Positions 18,635 to 27,416 of a stretch of 32,000 nt of DNA are shown piece after piece (positions within the stretch are counted from its first letter, which is position 1; every line of letters begins with the position of its first letter). Below the pieces are notes generated by a model. The model was not told the DNA's origin, searched no databases, and saw only the letters and a program-made list of their open reading frames with translations. Source of the stretch: Alistipes onderdonkii (GTDB lineage: Bacteria; Bacteroidota; Bacteroidia; Bacteroidales; Rikenellaceae); contig NZ_CP102251.1 of NCBI RefSeq assembly GCF_025145285.1, forward strand, positions 809,645 to 841,644, written 5' to 3'. Made by a program: the position numbers and the translations under genes.

Positions 18635-21409
18635 CTATCGCACGCTGAAGCGGTAGATACCCGACCCGACGCCGAATACGCGGTACCCGTCCTCGGTACC
18701 GAGGCTTTCGACATCCTTGCACTGCGCGACTTCGAGCCCGCTTTCGCAAACCCGGCTGCCGGCAGGGGCGGGGACATAAATCCGCGCCGTGGTGTTGGCC
18801 GGCACCTCGACCAACAGGTCGAAACCGCCCTGTTCGGTCGTCCACTCGCTGCGGATCAGTCCATAGGGCGAGCGGAACGAGGCCTTGGCGCTGCGCAGGT
18901 CACCCACGATCTCGGGCCTGACGATGAATTTCTTATAGGCCTGCACCGAATCGTCGCGGCGAATGCCGCCCACATAGGTATAAAACCATTCGAGCAGGTG
19001 CCCCAGCATCAGGTGGTTGTGCGATTTGCGGGGCAGTGCCTGCCATGATTCGGGCAGCGCCGTAGCGCCCTGGGCGAGCATATAACCGTAGCCGTATACG
19101 TCGTACCGCGAGTTCATGTCGAAGATCACCTGCGAATTCCCGCTCTGCTCCAGCGCCCGCAGCACGTAGTTGTATCCCACGTCGCCCGCCGTCAGCGCAT
19201 TGCCGCGGCTGCGGATGTCCTGCACCAGGTTCGCCAGCACGGCATCGCGGTTCTGCGGCTCGCAAATGCCCGAGTAGAGCGCCAGCGCATTGCCGGCCTG
19301 GCTGTTCTTGTCATAACTCCCGGTCTGGGGATGATAGTATTTTTCGTTGTAGGCCTTGCGGATATCCTGTGCCAGCTTCCCGTATTTCGCGGCATCCTCC
19401 TTGCGCCCCATCTTCTCGGCCGCCTTGCGGATCGTCTCGGCGTCCATATAATAGATCGGTGTCGCCGTTCCGGCCAGGGAGGTGAGCTGCGCTCGGCCGG
19501 GGTATTTGGGCCCCAGGTCGCACCAGTCGCCGAGCCCGTGGGAAAGGATATGCCCGTCGGCCTTCGAACTGAGGTAATCCACATAGCGCTTCATCGCCTC
19601 GTAATGCCGCTCGACCAACCGGAAATCACCGTAGTACTCGTAGACCAGCCACGGTGCCAGCACGAACGCGCTGCCCCACTCGGGCGAATCGCGGAACCCG
19701 TCGAGGAAAGTGACATATTCGGGACAGATATCGGGGATAAGCCCCTCGGGCGTCTGCGCGAGCTCCATGTCGGTCAGCATCTTATCGTAGAGGGTATACA
19801 CGTCGAACTTCGATTGCAGCGACCCGAACATCAGGTGCAGTTGCTCGATCCACGGCAGCTTCTCGCGGTGGGGGCAGTCGGTGAAATAGCTCACCATATT
19901 GCCCTTGATACCCCACGCAATAAGCTCCTCGGTCTTGTTGAGCAGGTCGTTCGAACAGAGGAACGTCCCGGCCATCCGGGTGGCGTTGCGCGTATGCAGG
20001 CCACGAAGGGTAACGATCTCGGGCAGCCCTTCGGGATTCTCCTCCCCGGCCGGGACGGCATTGCTCACCAGCACGTAACGCTGTCCGAAATAGGTGAACT
20101 GGGGGCGCCACGTCTCCACCTCGTCGCCGCGCAGGGTGTAGGTCAACCTGTATTCACCGCGGTAGCCGCCGCATTCGGTAATCGAGTCGCACTCGAAATT
20201 GAACAGCTCGGTGGTGTTGAGCTGCACGCTCTGCCCGCGTTTGCCGCGGACTTCCAGCTGCACCGTCCCCGAGAAGTTCTGGCCCATGTCGTACAGCCAT
20301 TTGCCGTGGCGGGTCTTGCGGATCGAGACCACGGGGAACTCTTCCATCACCCGCACGGGTTCGGCGACGGGGGAAACCAACTTCCCGCGCTGGGTCGTCA
20401 CCAGCGGCTCGGCCCAGGCCGAAGCGTCGTAGCCGGGCAGCATCCATCCTGTCCGCTCGCGCGTCGCATCGTAATCCTCGCCGCCGAAGATGCTGCTGTA
20501 CGTCACGGGGCTTTCGGTCACACGCCAGGCGCGGTCGCTGACAATAGTCTCGTGCGTCCCGTCGGCATACTCGATCTCGGCCTTGAAGATCATCTTGGGA
20601 TAACCGAAGCTGATGAGCGCCTTGAAATAGCGTTCGCGCGGCACATTGTAGAGGCCGTTGCCGAGCATCACACCGAACACGTTGCCTCCCGGCTGCAATT
20701 CTTCGCTGATGTCGAACGTCTGGTAGCACACCTGCCTGTCGTAGTCGCTCCACGCAGGGTCGAGGAAATTGTCGCCCACCTTCGCCCCGTTCAGAAACAG
20801 CTCGAACTGTCCCAGGCCGCTGACATAGACCGTCGCCCGCTCGACGGGCTTGGTAACCTTCACTTCACGGCGGAACTGCGGCAGCCGGTTGAGCGCCGTT
20901 TTCCTGTCGCCGATCTTTATTTTGTTGAACTCCTGTCCGGGCACCACGCGCAGGCTGTCGGGCAGCTCCTCGAAGGCGATCCACCGGGCTCCGTCCCAAT
21001 CGCTGCCGTCGAGCAGGCCGACCGCGAACGACCGGATTTCGCTCCACGGCGAATAATTCCCCGCAGCATCGCTTACCCGCACGCGCCAGTAATAGCGCTG
21101 CCCCGGCTTCAGCGTTCGCCCGGCATAGCGCACATGCAGTGAGACATCGGATTTGCGTTGTTCGTCCCACAACAGCTTCCGGCCCCTGGCCAGGTCGGCG
21201 GGGTCGGACGCCACCTGAATCTGATACCCGGCCTGCAGGAATCCGCGGCCGACGGAAAGCGTCTGCCAACTGAATTGCGGCGTCAGCGTATTGATCGCCA
21301 ACGGGTTGTCCCGGTATTCACACCTCAGTTCCGCCACACGAAACTCATCTGCGGCAATGCCCCACAGGCAGCTTAGCAGCAATGGGAACAATAGTAATAG
21401 TTTTTTCAT
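18635..21409 (-). CDS. Glycoside hydrolase family 78 alpha-L-rhamnosidase, secreted or lipoprotein
   Basis: About 924 aa. The N-terminus MKKLLLLFPLLLSC is followed by …FRVAELRCEYRDNPLAINTLTPQFSWQ…, the characteristic GH78 N-terminal signature. Size and domain order fit bacterial rhamnosidases. The start was moved to the ATG at 21409 because the track start 21463 lies inside the promoter box. Confidence 0.8.
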   Translation of the reverse strand: MKKLLLLFPLLLSCLWGIAADEFRVAELRCEYRDNPLAINTLTPQFSWQTLSVGRGFLQAGYQIQVASDPADLARGRKLLWDEQRKSDVSLHVRYAGRTLKPGQRYYWRVRVSDAAGNYSPWSEIRSFAVGLLDGSDWDGARWIAFEELPDSLRVVPGQEFNKIKIGDRKTALNRLPQFRREVKVTKPVERATVYVSGLGQFELFLNGAKVGDNFLDPAWSDYDRQVCYQTFDISEELQPGGNVFGVMLGNGLYNVPRERYFKALISFGYPKMIFKAEIEYADGTHETIVSDRAWRVTESPVTYSSIFGGEDYDATRERTGWMLPGYDASAWAEPLVTTQRGKLVSPVAEPVRVMEEFPVVSIRKTRHGKWLYDMGQNFSGTVQLEVRGKRGQSVQLNTTELFNFECDSITECGGYRGEYRLTYTLRGDEVETWRPQFTYFGQRYVLVSNAVPAGEENPEGLPEIVTLRGLHTRNATRMAGTFLCSNDLLNKTEELIAWGIKGNMVSYFTDCPHREKLPWIEQLHLMFGSLQSKFDVYTLYDKMLTDMELAQTPEGLIPDICPEYVTFLDGFRDSPEWGSAFVLAPWLVYEYYGDFRLVERHYEAMKRYVDYLSSKADGHILSHGLGDWCDLGPKYPGRAQLTSLAGTATPIYYMDAETIRKAAEKMGRKEDAAKYGKLAQDIRKAYNEKYYHPQTGSYDKNSQAGNALALYSGICEPQNRDAVLANLVQDIRSRGNALTAGDVGYNYVLRALEQSGNSQVIFDMNSRYDVYGYGYMLAQGATALPESWQALPRKSHNHLMLGHLLEWFYTYVGGIRRDDSVQAYKKFIVRPEIVGDLRSAKASFRSPYGLIRSEWTTEQGGFDLLVEVPANTTARIYVPAPAGSRVCESGLEVAQCKDVESLGTEDGYRVFGVGSGIYRFSVR

Positions 21410-21460
21410 AATCATTAAGATTTGGTTTCGTTTCAGGTTGTTTTTAATTTCCTTTGAAGC

Positions 21461-21468
21461 CAAAAATA
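21461..21468 (-). promoter_or_regulatory. -7 box TATTTTTG for the GH78 gene
   Basis: Reverse complement of caaaaata; 52 nt upstream of the ATG at 21409, in an AT-rich stretch. A second match (TACCTTTG, 21562-21569) lies further upstream. Confidence 0.4.
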
Positions 21469-21680
21469 ATGTTTTTATTTTACTTTTACACGCTCTTGCA
21501 AAAAATACGAATCCAAAAAGTCATTTTTCGAATATAAAAATCATATTTCGAACTTTTCCGGCAAAGGTACTATCCCCGCACAGGCTGCCGGCCTGCCGCC
21601 AAAGCCCGTCAAACAACCGAATATCAGGCAGGCAGCGCACAATACCCAAGCTACCGGACAGCCGGGCATGCAGCGTGCAA

Positions 21681-21711
21681 AAATGAAAAACCCGCCCCTC
21701 GGGCAGGGCGG
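21681..21711 (-). terminator. Orphan minus-strand intrinsic-terminator candidate with no CDS upstream of it
   Basis: On the minus strand, a CCGCCC/GGGCGG 6-bp all-GC stem (21692-21697 pairs with 21706-21711) with an 8-nt loop is followed by UUUUUCAUUUUU. Confidence 0.4.
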
Positions 21712-21954
21712 AAATCGCACAAGATCATTTTACCCGGCTGCACTGGTCGACCAGACAGGCGACCGAAACACTGTGCATCCCGGCATTGGCCGCACTGAAT
21801 ACAATGGAAATATGCAGGATGCGCGGCGTTGCAGCTTCGAATTTCGGTTTTCGGACTGCAAATCAGGAAAAAATTCGGATGTCGTGTCCCGCCCAGCAAA
21901 AAATTCTTACGGCTTTTTCAACCGCTCCCGCTCCGAATGTCCCGATTTTTTTCC

Positions 21955-21962
21955 TACCTTTG
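21955..21962 (+). promoter_or_regulatory. -7 box TACCTTTG for the DUF3127 gene
   Basis: Matches TAnnTTTG; 39 nt upstream of the ATG at 22001. Confidence 0.5.
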
Positions 21963-21969
21963 TCACAAA

Positions 21970-21977
21970 CAAATCTA
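21970..21977 (-). promoter_or_regulatory. Divergent -7 box TAGATTTG on the minus strand; possible promoter of a non-coding transcript of about 280 nt
   Basis: The reverse complement of caaatcta matches TAnnTTTG. It points toward the orphan terminator at 21711-21681. Confidence 0.3.
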
Positions 21978-22000
21978 TCAACACATTTTACATCGATACC

Positions 22001-22363
22001 ATGGAATTCGAAGGAACCGTTTACAAAATAATGCCCGTGACGAAAGGCACCTCCGCACGCGGCGACTGGCAGCGCCAGGACGTAGTGTTCGAGATGAACG
22101 AAGGCTCGTTCGCACGCAAAATCTGCGTGACGTTCTTCAACAAGCCCGAAGACGTCGCCCGGCTGAAAGAGGGTGCCGCCTACACCGTCTCGGTCAACAT
22201 CGAGTCGCGCGAATACAACGGCCGCTGGTACACCGACATCCGCGCATGGCGCATCCAACCCAAGCAGGCCGAATCCGCCGCCCCGATGCCCGACATGCCG
22301 CCCATTCCCGAAGAGCCCTCATACGCCTCTTCCCCGGCAGAAGTGGACGACCTGCCGTTCTAA
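22001..22363 (+). CDS. DUF3127-family protein with an SSB-like C-terminal tail (…VDDLPF)
   Basis: 120 aa, MEFEGTVYKIMPVTKGTSARGDWQRQDVVFEMNEGSFARKICVTFFNKPEDVARLKEGAAYTVSVNIESREYNGRWYTDIRAWRIQP, then a Pro-rich linker, then DDLPF-stop. I recognise the N-terminal domain pattern as the Bacteroidota DUF3127 family. The track ORF start (21668) is upstream of the promoter box. Confidence 0.75.
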   Translation: MEFEGTVYKIMPVTKGTSARGDWQRQDVVFEMNEGSFARKICVTFFNKPEDVARLKEGAAYTVSVNIESREYNGRWYTDIRAWRIQPKQAESAAPMPDMPPIPEEPSYASSPAEVDDLPF

Positions 22364-22432
22364 AACGGGCAGACACCATACACAGCGGCGGCCGGAGCGA
22401 TTTCCGGCCGCCGTTGCTTTATACGCATAAAC

Positions 22433-22912
22433 ATGGAAAAACCTACCGACACCGCCATACGCCCCCTGCACGAAACGGAACTGCCGGCAGCATCCGCCCT
22501 CGCTGGGCGCGTCTTCGCCGAGTTCGAAGCCCCGGAATACAGCCCCGAGGGCATCGGCGCATTCCTCCGCTTTGTCGCACCGGAAGCCCTCGCGGCACAG
22601 CACCGCAACGGGTCGATGCAATCGTGGGGCGCTTTCCGGCAGGGAAGGCTCGTCGGGATCATCGCCCTGACGCGACGCAGCCACCTGTGCCTGCTTTTCG
22701 TGGAGAAAGCCTGCCATCGGCAGGGCATCGCCCGGGCCCTGTTCTCAACACTGCGCGACCACTGCCGCACGGCACCGGACACGCCCCGGATCACGGTAAA
22801 CTCCTCGCCCTATGCCGTCGGAGCCTACCGCAGGCTGGGATTCCGCGCGACCGGCGACGAACGCACCGTCGACGGCATCCGGTTCACACCGATGGAATAC
22901 CTATTTATATAA
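22433..22912 (+). CDS. GNAT family N-acetyltransferase
   Basis: 159 aa. Acetyl-CoA motif A region LLFVEKACHRQGIARALFSTL and a C-terminal …AYRRLGFRATG… motif. Confidence 0.8.
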   Translation: MEKPTDTAIRPLHETELPAASALAGRVFAEFEAPEYSPEGIGAFLRFVAPEALAAQHRNGSMQSWGAFRQGRLVGIIALTRRSHLCLLFVEKACHRQGIARALFSTLRDHCRTAPDTPRITVNSSPYAVGAYRRLGFRATGDERTVDGIRFTPMEYLFI

Positions 22913-22944
22913 AAAAGAAGCGGGCTCCGCTCGGAGCCCGCTTC
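22911..22944 (-). terminator. Rho-independent terminator of the FKBP gene, shared convergently with the GNAT gene
   Basis: Perfect 12-bp stem (22917-22928 pairs with 22933-22944), loop GCUC. On the minus strand it is followed by UUUUUU, which overlaps the GNAT stop codon. Confidence 0.8.
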
Positions 22945-22971
22945 CAAATATCTTCCGGAAATGCATCCCGC

Positions 22972-24099
22972 TTATTTTGCAGGTGCCGGTGCAGGAGTCG
23001 TCGCGGTCGAATCGGCCGGTGCGGGCTCCTCGTAAGGGATTACTTCGATCACTTCCACATCGAACTGGAGCGCCTCGTTGGGGCCGATGTCACGGCCTGC
23101 ACCACGCGTACCGTAAGCCAGGTCGCTCGGAATCCAGAGCGTGATCTTACCGCCCTCGCCCACGAGCTGGAGACCTTCCGTCCAACCCTTGATGACACGG
23201 TTCAGCGGGAACTTGGCGGGTTCGTCAGCCTCCTTGGGAGCGCCCTTTTCATCGAACGAATCGGGGCTCTGCTTGCGCATCATCTCCTGCTGCTCTTTCG
23301 AGCGGTTCTTGAAGATCGAGGTGTCGAACACCTTGCCTTCACGCGTATATCCGGTATAGTGTACCCGAACCACATCGCGGGGATCCTTCGCCATCTTGGC
23401 AGCGTCGCCCTCCTTGGTAACTTTGTAGAGCAGGCCCGACTCGGTCTTCTTGACGCCCGACTTCTTCTCGGTCTTCTCCAGCCATGCCTTCGATGCGGCG
23501 GCATTCTCGGCAGGGCGCTTCACCATGAAATAATATTGCAGGTACTGGTTTACCTCGTCCTCGGTCATCTTGGCCTTGCCGTCACGTACGTCCTGCATGG
23601 CCTGACCGATCCAAACCAGCTGTATGGGCATACCGCTCTGGCTGATGTTGTAACCGATGTCGTTACCGAAAGCATACGAAATCTCGGCGCGCTCCTCCTC
23701 GTTCTCGAACATGGCAGGGTCGGCCGTGGGATATTCGACCTTCGTGCTGTCGCCTCCGGCCAGACGGATGCTGTCCTGCTCGGCACGTTTGGCGGCGATT
23801 GCCTGGGCGCGCTCGCCGCGCTTGGTCATGAAGTACTCGCGCAGCATTTCGAGCGATTTGTCGTGCTCCTGCGTAGCCTTACCCATCGCACTTTCCTTGA
23901 TACCCTTGTCGATGGCCTTGAAATCGAAGGGGATGTCCCTCATTTCAAAATTTATACCGTTACCAATGTTCGCACCCAGCACATACGACAGCGAGTCGAA
24001 TTCGGAAAGGCTGCCCATATGGACACCGCCGCCCTTGTCTCCGCAGGCGGTCAGGATTGCGGCACCCGCAAGCGCCGCGGCAAAAAGAATCTTTTTCAT
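22972..24099 (-). CDS. FKBP-type peptidyl-prolyl cis-trans isomerase lipoprotein (two FKBP-N-like helical repeats plus an FKBP-C domain)
   Basis: 375 aa, lipobox MKKILFAAALAGAAILTAC. C-terminal FKBP domain …VVRVHYTGYTREGKVFDTS…FPLNRVIKGWTEGLQLVGEGGKITLWIPSDLAYGTRG…. Confidence 0.88.
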   Translation of the reverse strand: MKKILFAAALAGAAILTACGDKGGGVHMGSLSEFDSLSYVLGANIGNGINFEMRDIPFDFKAIDKGIKESAMGKATQEHDKSLEMLREYFMTKRGERAQAIAAKRAEQDSIRLAGGDSTKVEYPTADPAMFENEEERAEISYAFGNDIGYNISQSGMPIQLVWIGQAMQDVRDGKAKMTEDEVNQYLQYYFMVKRPAENAAASKAWLEKTEKKSGVKKTESGLLYKVTKEGDAAKMAKDPRDVVRVHYTGYTREGKVFDTSIFKNRSKEQQEMMRKQSPDSFDEKGAPKEADEPAKFPLNRVIKGWTEGLQLVGEGGKITLWIPSDLAYGTRGAGRDIGPNEALQFDVEVIEVIPYEEPAPADSTATTPAPAPAK

Positions 24100-24154
24100 C
24101 GTTTTTTGAATATGTTTAGTCTAATCGTTTGAGCCTGTTCGGGGTTCACCCGCG

Positions 24155-24162
24155 CAAAGTTA
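24155..24162 (-). promoter_or_regulatory. -7 box TAACTTTG for the downstream FKBP gene
   Basis: Reverse complement of caaagtta; 56 nt upstream of the ATG at 24099. Confidence 0.4.
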
Positions 24163-24188
24163 TAAAATAATTACGATATCGCCCCAAA

Positions 24189-24902
24189 TTACCGGCGTAA
24201 ATTATTGCGCCGCGACCAATTCGTATATTTGTCGAGATCGACAAGCTCGATTTCGTAATAAAGCGTGGCATTGGGCCGGATCCCGAGCTCTTTGTCCCCC
24301 GCAGAGCCATAGGCAACCGCAGAAGGCATCCATGCATTGATCTTCCCGCCCTTGCCGATCAGCTTCACGCTCTCCTTCATCCCTTTGTTCAGGCTGCCGA
24401 GCGACGTGCGCAGCGTGTCGCGGCGCTCGTAGGAGGAGTAGACGTCGGCCCCGTCGGCCGTGCGGATGATGTAGCGCAGCGCAACGCTGTCCCGGTCGGA
24501 AACCGGAATCTGCTCCTGATCGCCCAGCACCTCCACGGCGTAGGTCACGCCCGACGGCGTGCGGGCATAGCTGCGGTTCGATTTGGCGAAGTCCGCGAGG
24601 AACTGCTCCTCGTAGGCACGCGCCTTTTCGGGCAGCACATAGTTCATGTAACGCAGGTAATAGACCTCGGCATCGTCCGCCGAGAGTTTCGCCCCGGCAC
24701 GGAACACGTCGCGGATACCCTCGCATACGGCATTGACGTTGAGCGTCGAATCCATTTTGAGCAGGTTCATGCCCACGTTCATACCGATGATATAAGCTAC
24801 CGAATCGGTGTCGGCCTTGAGTTTCACGCCCCCGCCCGACTTCCTGGAGCAGGCTCCGGCCAGCAACGCCATGGCTGTCAGGGCAAAAAATGTTTTACGC
24901 AT
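24189..24902 (-). CDS. FKBP-type peptidyl-prolyl cis-trans isomerase, probable lipoprotein
   Basis: The internal ATG at 24902 gives MRKTFFALTAMALLAGACSRK…. C-terminal FKBP domain …VALRYIIRTADGADVYSS…LNKGMKESVKLIGKGGKINAWMPSAVAYGSAG…. The track start (25097) would overlap nhaA. Confidence 0.85.
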   Translation of the reverse strand: MRKTFFALTAMALLAGACSRKSGGGVKLKADTDSVAYIIGMNVGMNLLKMDSTLNVNAVCEGIRDVFRAGAKLSADDAEVYYLRYMNYVLPEKARAYEEQFLADFAKSNRSYARTPSGVTYAVEVLGDQEQIPVSDRDSVALRYIIRTADGADVYSSYERRDTLRTSLGSLNKGMKESVKLIGKGGKINAWMPSAVAYGSAGDKELGIRPNATLYYEIELVDLDKYTNWSRRNNLRR

Positions 24903-24907
24903 ATTAT

Positions 24908-26287
24908 TTATTTCCGTTTCTTCGAAAAAACCAAAATCAGCAGGCTTCCCAGCACGGCCGCGGCCGTCGAGCCCATCAGGATCGCTATCTTGCCCCGGTC
25001 GATCAGGTCGGGTTCGGTGTAGGCCAGCGCATCGACGAACAACGACATCGTGAAACCTATGCCGCCCAGGCAGGCCACGGCCAGCAACAGGCGCCATGTA
25101 GCCCCCTCGGGCATCACGGCAAGGCCGGATTTCACGGCACCCCAGCTCGCAAGAAATATGCCCAAAGGCTTACCGACCACGAGCCCGAAGAAAATACCCA
25201 TCCCGATCGACCCGATCTCGGACGAATAGTGAAAAATATTCAGGTACTCGGGCGAGGTGATCTCGACACCGGCGTTCGCCAGTGCGAAAATCGGCATCAC
25301 CAGGAACGTGACATAGGGCGCCAGCGAATGCTCCAGGCGGTAGCTCATACCCACCGAGTCGGCCGCCAGCAAACGCATGCGGCGCATGTAGAACCGGTGG
25401 TGCTCGTTGGGAAAATCATCGCCCGACGTTCTCGCAGCCAGCATCAACTCCTTCAGGTGGCGCATCTTATGGGCGAAATACTCCTTGCTGTAACGGGGCG
25501 TCATCGGGATCAGCATGGCCATCGCCACGCCCGAAATGGCCGAATGCACGCCCGAATAGTAGAACAACCCCCAGATCACCACGGCGGGCACCAGGTAGAA
25601 GAACATGCGTTTTTCGCCCATCTCCTTCATGAAGTAGACCGCGAGCATGATGACCAATGCCGCCAGCAGGCAGCTTATCTGCACCTGCCCCCCGTAAAAG
25701 AGCGCGATGACCAGGATTGCCCCCAGGTCGTCGGCGATGGCCAGTGCCGTGAGGAATATTTTGAGCGAAACCGGCACGCGGTCGCCCAGCATCGAAAGGA
25801 TGCCGATGGCAAAGGCGATGTCCGTGGCCGTGGGTATACCCCATCCGTTGGCCGCTATGGTGCCGTGGTTGAAGAACAGGAAAATGATCGCAGGGGCGAG
25901 CATGCCGCCTGCGGCCGCCAATACAGGCAGGATGGCCTGGCGTGCCGACGAAAGCTGCCCGCAAACGATCTCCCGCTTTATTTCGAGTCCGACGGCGAAA
26001 AAGAAAATCACCATCAGGCCGTCGTTAATCAGCTTCTCGACGGTCATTCCGCGCGGGAAAACCCAGTCGATCAGCCCATCGGGGCTGTGCACCATCAGCG
26101 AAAGATCCGTTTCGAGCAGATGGCGGTAATAGAGCGAAGTCCCGGGCAGGTTGGCCAGCAGCATGGCTACGATCACACAACCGAGCAGTACGACGCCTCC
26201 CGCCCAGGGGGCTTCCAGAAAATTGCGGCCGCGTATACCGATCATATGACGCTCACGTACCCAGCGGTACATTGAAAATAGTCGCAT
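24908..26287 (-). CDS. nhaA: Na+/H+ antiporter NhaA
   Basis: 459 aa, polytopic. …LINDGLMVIFFFAVGLEIKREI… and …GIPTATDIAFAIGILSMLG…LTALAIADDLGAILVIALFY… are NhaA signatures. The exact start is uncertain (ATGs at 26287, 26272, 26245). Confidence 0.92.
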   Translation of the reverse strand: MRLFSMYRWVRERHMIGIRGRNFLEAPWAGGVVLLGCVIVAMLLANLPGTSLYYRHLLETDLSLMVHSPDGLIDWVFPRGMTVEKLINDGLMVIFFFAVGLEIKREIVCGQLSSARQAILPVLAAAGGMLAPAIIFLFFNHGTIAANGWGIPTATDIAFAIGILSMLGDRVPVSLKIFLTALAIADDLGAILVIALFYGGQVQISCLLAALVIMLAVYFMKEMGEKRMFFYLVPAVVIWGLFYYSGVHSAISGVAMAMLIPMTPRYSKEYFAHKMRHLKELMLAARTSGDDFPNEHHRFYMRRMRLLAADSVGMSYRLEHSLAPYVTFLVMPIFALANAGVEITSPEYLNIFHYSSEIGSIGMGIFFGLVVGKPLGIFLASWGAVKSGLAVMPEGATWRLLLAVACLGGIGFTMSLFVDALAYTEPDLIDRGKIAILMGSTAAAVLGSLLILVFSKKRK

Positions 26288-27349
26288 TTACCGTCCGTTT
26301 GATTTTAATGTCAAATTACACAATTTCCAGAGCATGCGCGCCCCGGTGATGGCATCCACTTTCGCTTCAGGCGCCGGAGCGACCTCCACGACGTCGAACC
26401 CGATGATGCGGCGCCCCGAACGCACGAGCGTATCGAGCAGCCACACGGCCTGATTGAACGTAAGCCCCCCGCAGACGGGCGTACCCGTATGGGGACAGTT
26501 CTCAAAAGTGAGGCCGTCGATGTCGAAGCTCACGTAAACCTCCTGCGGCAGCGCATCCACGATTCGCCGGCACAGCGCGTCCCAGGTCTCGCCGCGGAAC
26601 ATCGCGGCGGCAAGCGACAGGTCGTCGAAGGTGGCAACACGGGCGGAAGAAGCGGCCAGGGCGGCTTCCGTCCCGCTGAAATCGCGCACTGCAACCTGGG
26701 CGATCTTCTTCACCGAAGGCACGTCGCGCAGGACGTTGAACATGATCGAAGCATGCGAGAACTCGAAGCCTTCATAGGCATCGCGCAGGTCGCAGTGGGC
26801 GTCGATATGCAGGATGCCGAACTCCCCGTGGCGGTCACCCAGGGCACGGATCAGTCCGTAAGGCGTCGAATGGTCGCCCCCGACGAGCCCCACGGTCTTC
26901 CCGGCGTCGAGCCACCGTGCGGCCTGCGCCCCGATGTTGGCGTTCATGGCACGGCAGCCTTCGTTGATGCGGCGCACCTTGCGTACCACATAGTCGTCCT
27001 CGGGACTGCCCCCGCCTTCGAGGTGGGCGATCACCTTCTCCGCATCGCCGCGCAGGCGCTGCGACTCCTCCAGCAACGCATAGTCCACATCGGCCGTGGC
27101 GATCCCCCGGCGCCACGCGCCGGGAGCCAGCGGCTCGTGGAAATCGAGCTGTGTCGAGGCCTCGATAACGGCGTCGGGCGCATAGGCCGTCCCGGCTCCG
27201 TACGACACCGTCACGTCCCACGGAGCCGAAACCAGCACCAGCTCGGCCGTCCCGGGCTCGAAAGGAAGCCCGAAATAGGTTCCGTTATCCACGCCGACCC
27301 CGTCGGGATCGAAGGCTTTTAGTTCCATAGGATGAGTTTCATTCTTCAT
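26288..27349 (-). CDS. Arginase/agmatinase/formimidoylglutamase-family ureohydrolase
   Basis: Mn-binding motifs LVGGDHS, HIDAHCDLRD and SFDIDGL, plus DVVEVAP. The start is set at the ATG at 27349 (alternative 27328) because the track start 27427 lies upstream of the promoter box. The stop codon abuts the nhaA ATG. Confidence 0.82.
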   Translation of the reverse strand: MKNETHPMELKAFDPDGVGVDNGTYFGLPFEPGTAELVLVSAPWDVTVSYGAGTAYAPDAVIEASTQLDFHEPLAPGAWRRGIATADVDYALLEESQRLRGDAEKVIAHLEGGGSPEDDYVVRKVRRINEGCRAMNANIGAQAARWLDAGKTVGLVGGDHSTPYGLIRALGDRHGEFGILHIDAHCDLRDAYEGFEFSHASIMFNVLRDVPSVKKIAQVAVRDFSGTEAALAASSARVATFDDLSLAAAMFRGETWDALCRRIVDALPQEVYVSFDIDGLTFENCPHTGTPVCGGLTFNQAVWLLDTLVRSGRRIIGFDVVEVAPAPEAKVDAITGARMLWKLCNLTLKSNGR

Positions 27350-27416
27350 CTCCTGCGCCCGGCACAGTCTGCATACAGCCTCTGCCCCGCTCAATGAAAA
27401 CGTTTGTTTTAAATGA

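Noticed and set aside
18278-18845. Minus-strand ORFs 18278..18568, 18285..18845 and 18460..18777 crossing the repeat region.
   Set aside because: They traverse the GH78 terminator and the 11-bp and 18-bp repeats, giving repeat-derived low-complexity peptides. The 11-bp period is incompatible with a conserved reading frame.
16034-21142. Long antisense ORFs 16034..17485 (opposite the acyl-CoA synthetase) and 19331..21142 (opposite GH78), plus 24890..26275 (opposite nhaA).
   Set aside because: Same GC3 artefact. The sense-strand genes carry diagnostic motifs and the antisense products do not.
21651-21899. 82-aa Cys-rich minus-strand ORF in the GH78-DUF3127 spacer, considered as a small cysteine-rich peptide.
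   Set aside because: It starts with TTG, has no promoter box at a suitable distance from its start, and reads through the terminator hairpin and U-run at 21711-21681. The region is better explained as non-coding.
21829-24132. 767-aa + strand ORF running through DUF3127 and the GNAT gene (other frames), the convergent terminator, and antisense through the FKBP gene.
   Set aside because: It reads straight through a perfect 12-bp terminator hairpin and overlaps three genes that have clear family signatures. The Arg/Pro/His-rich sequence is not protein-like.
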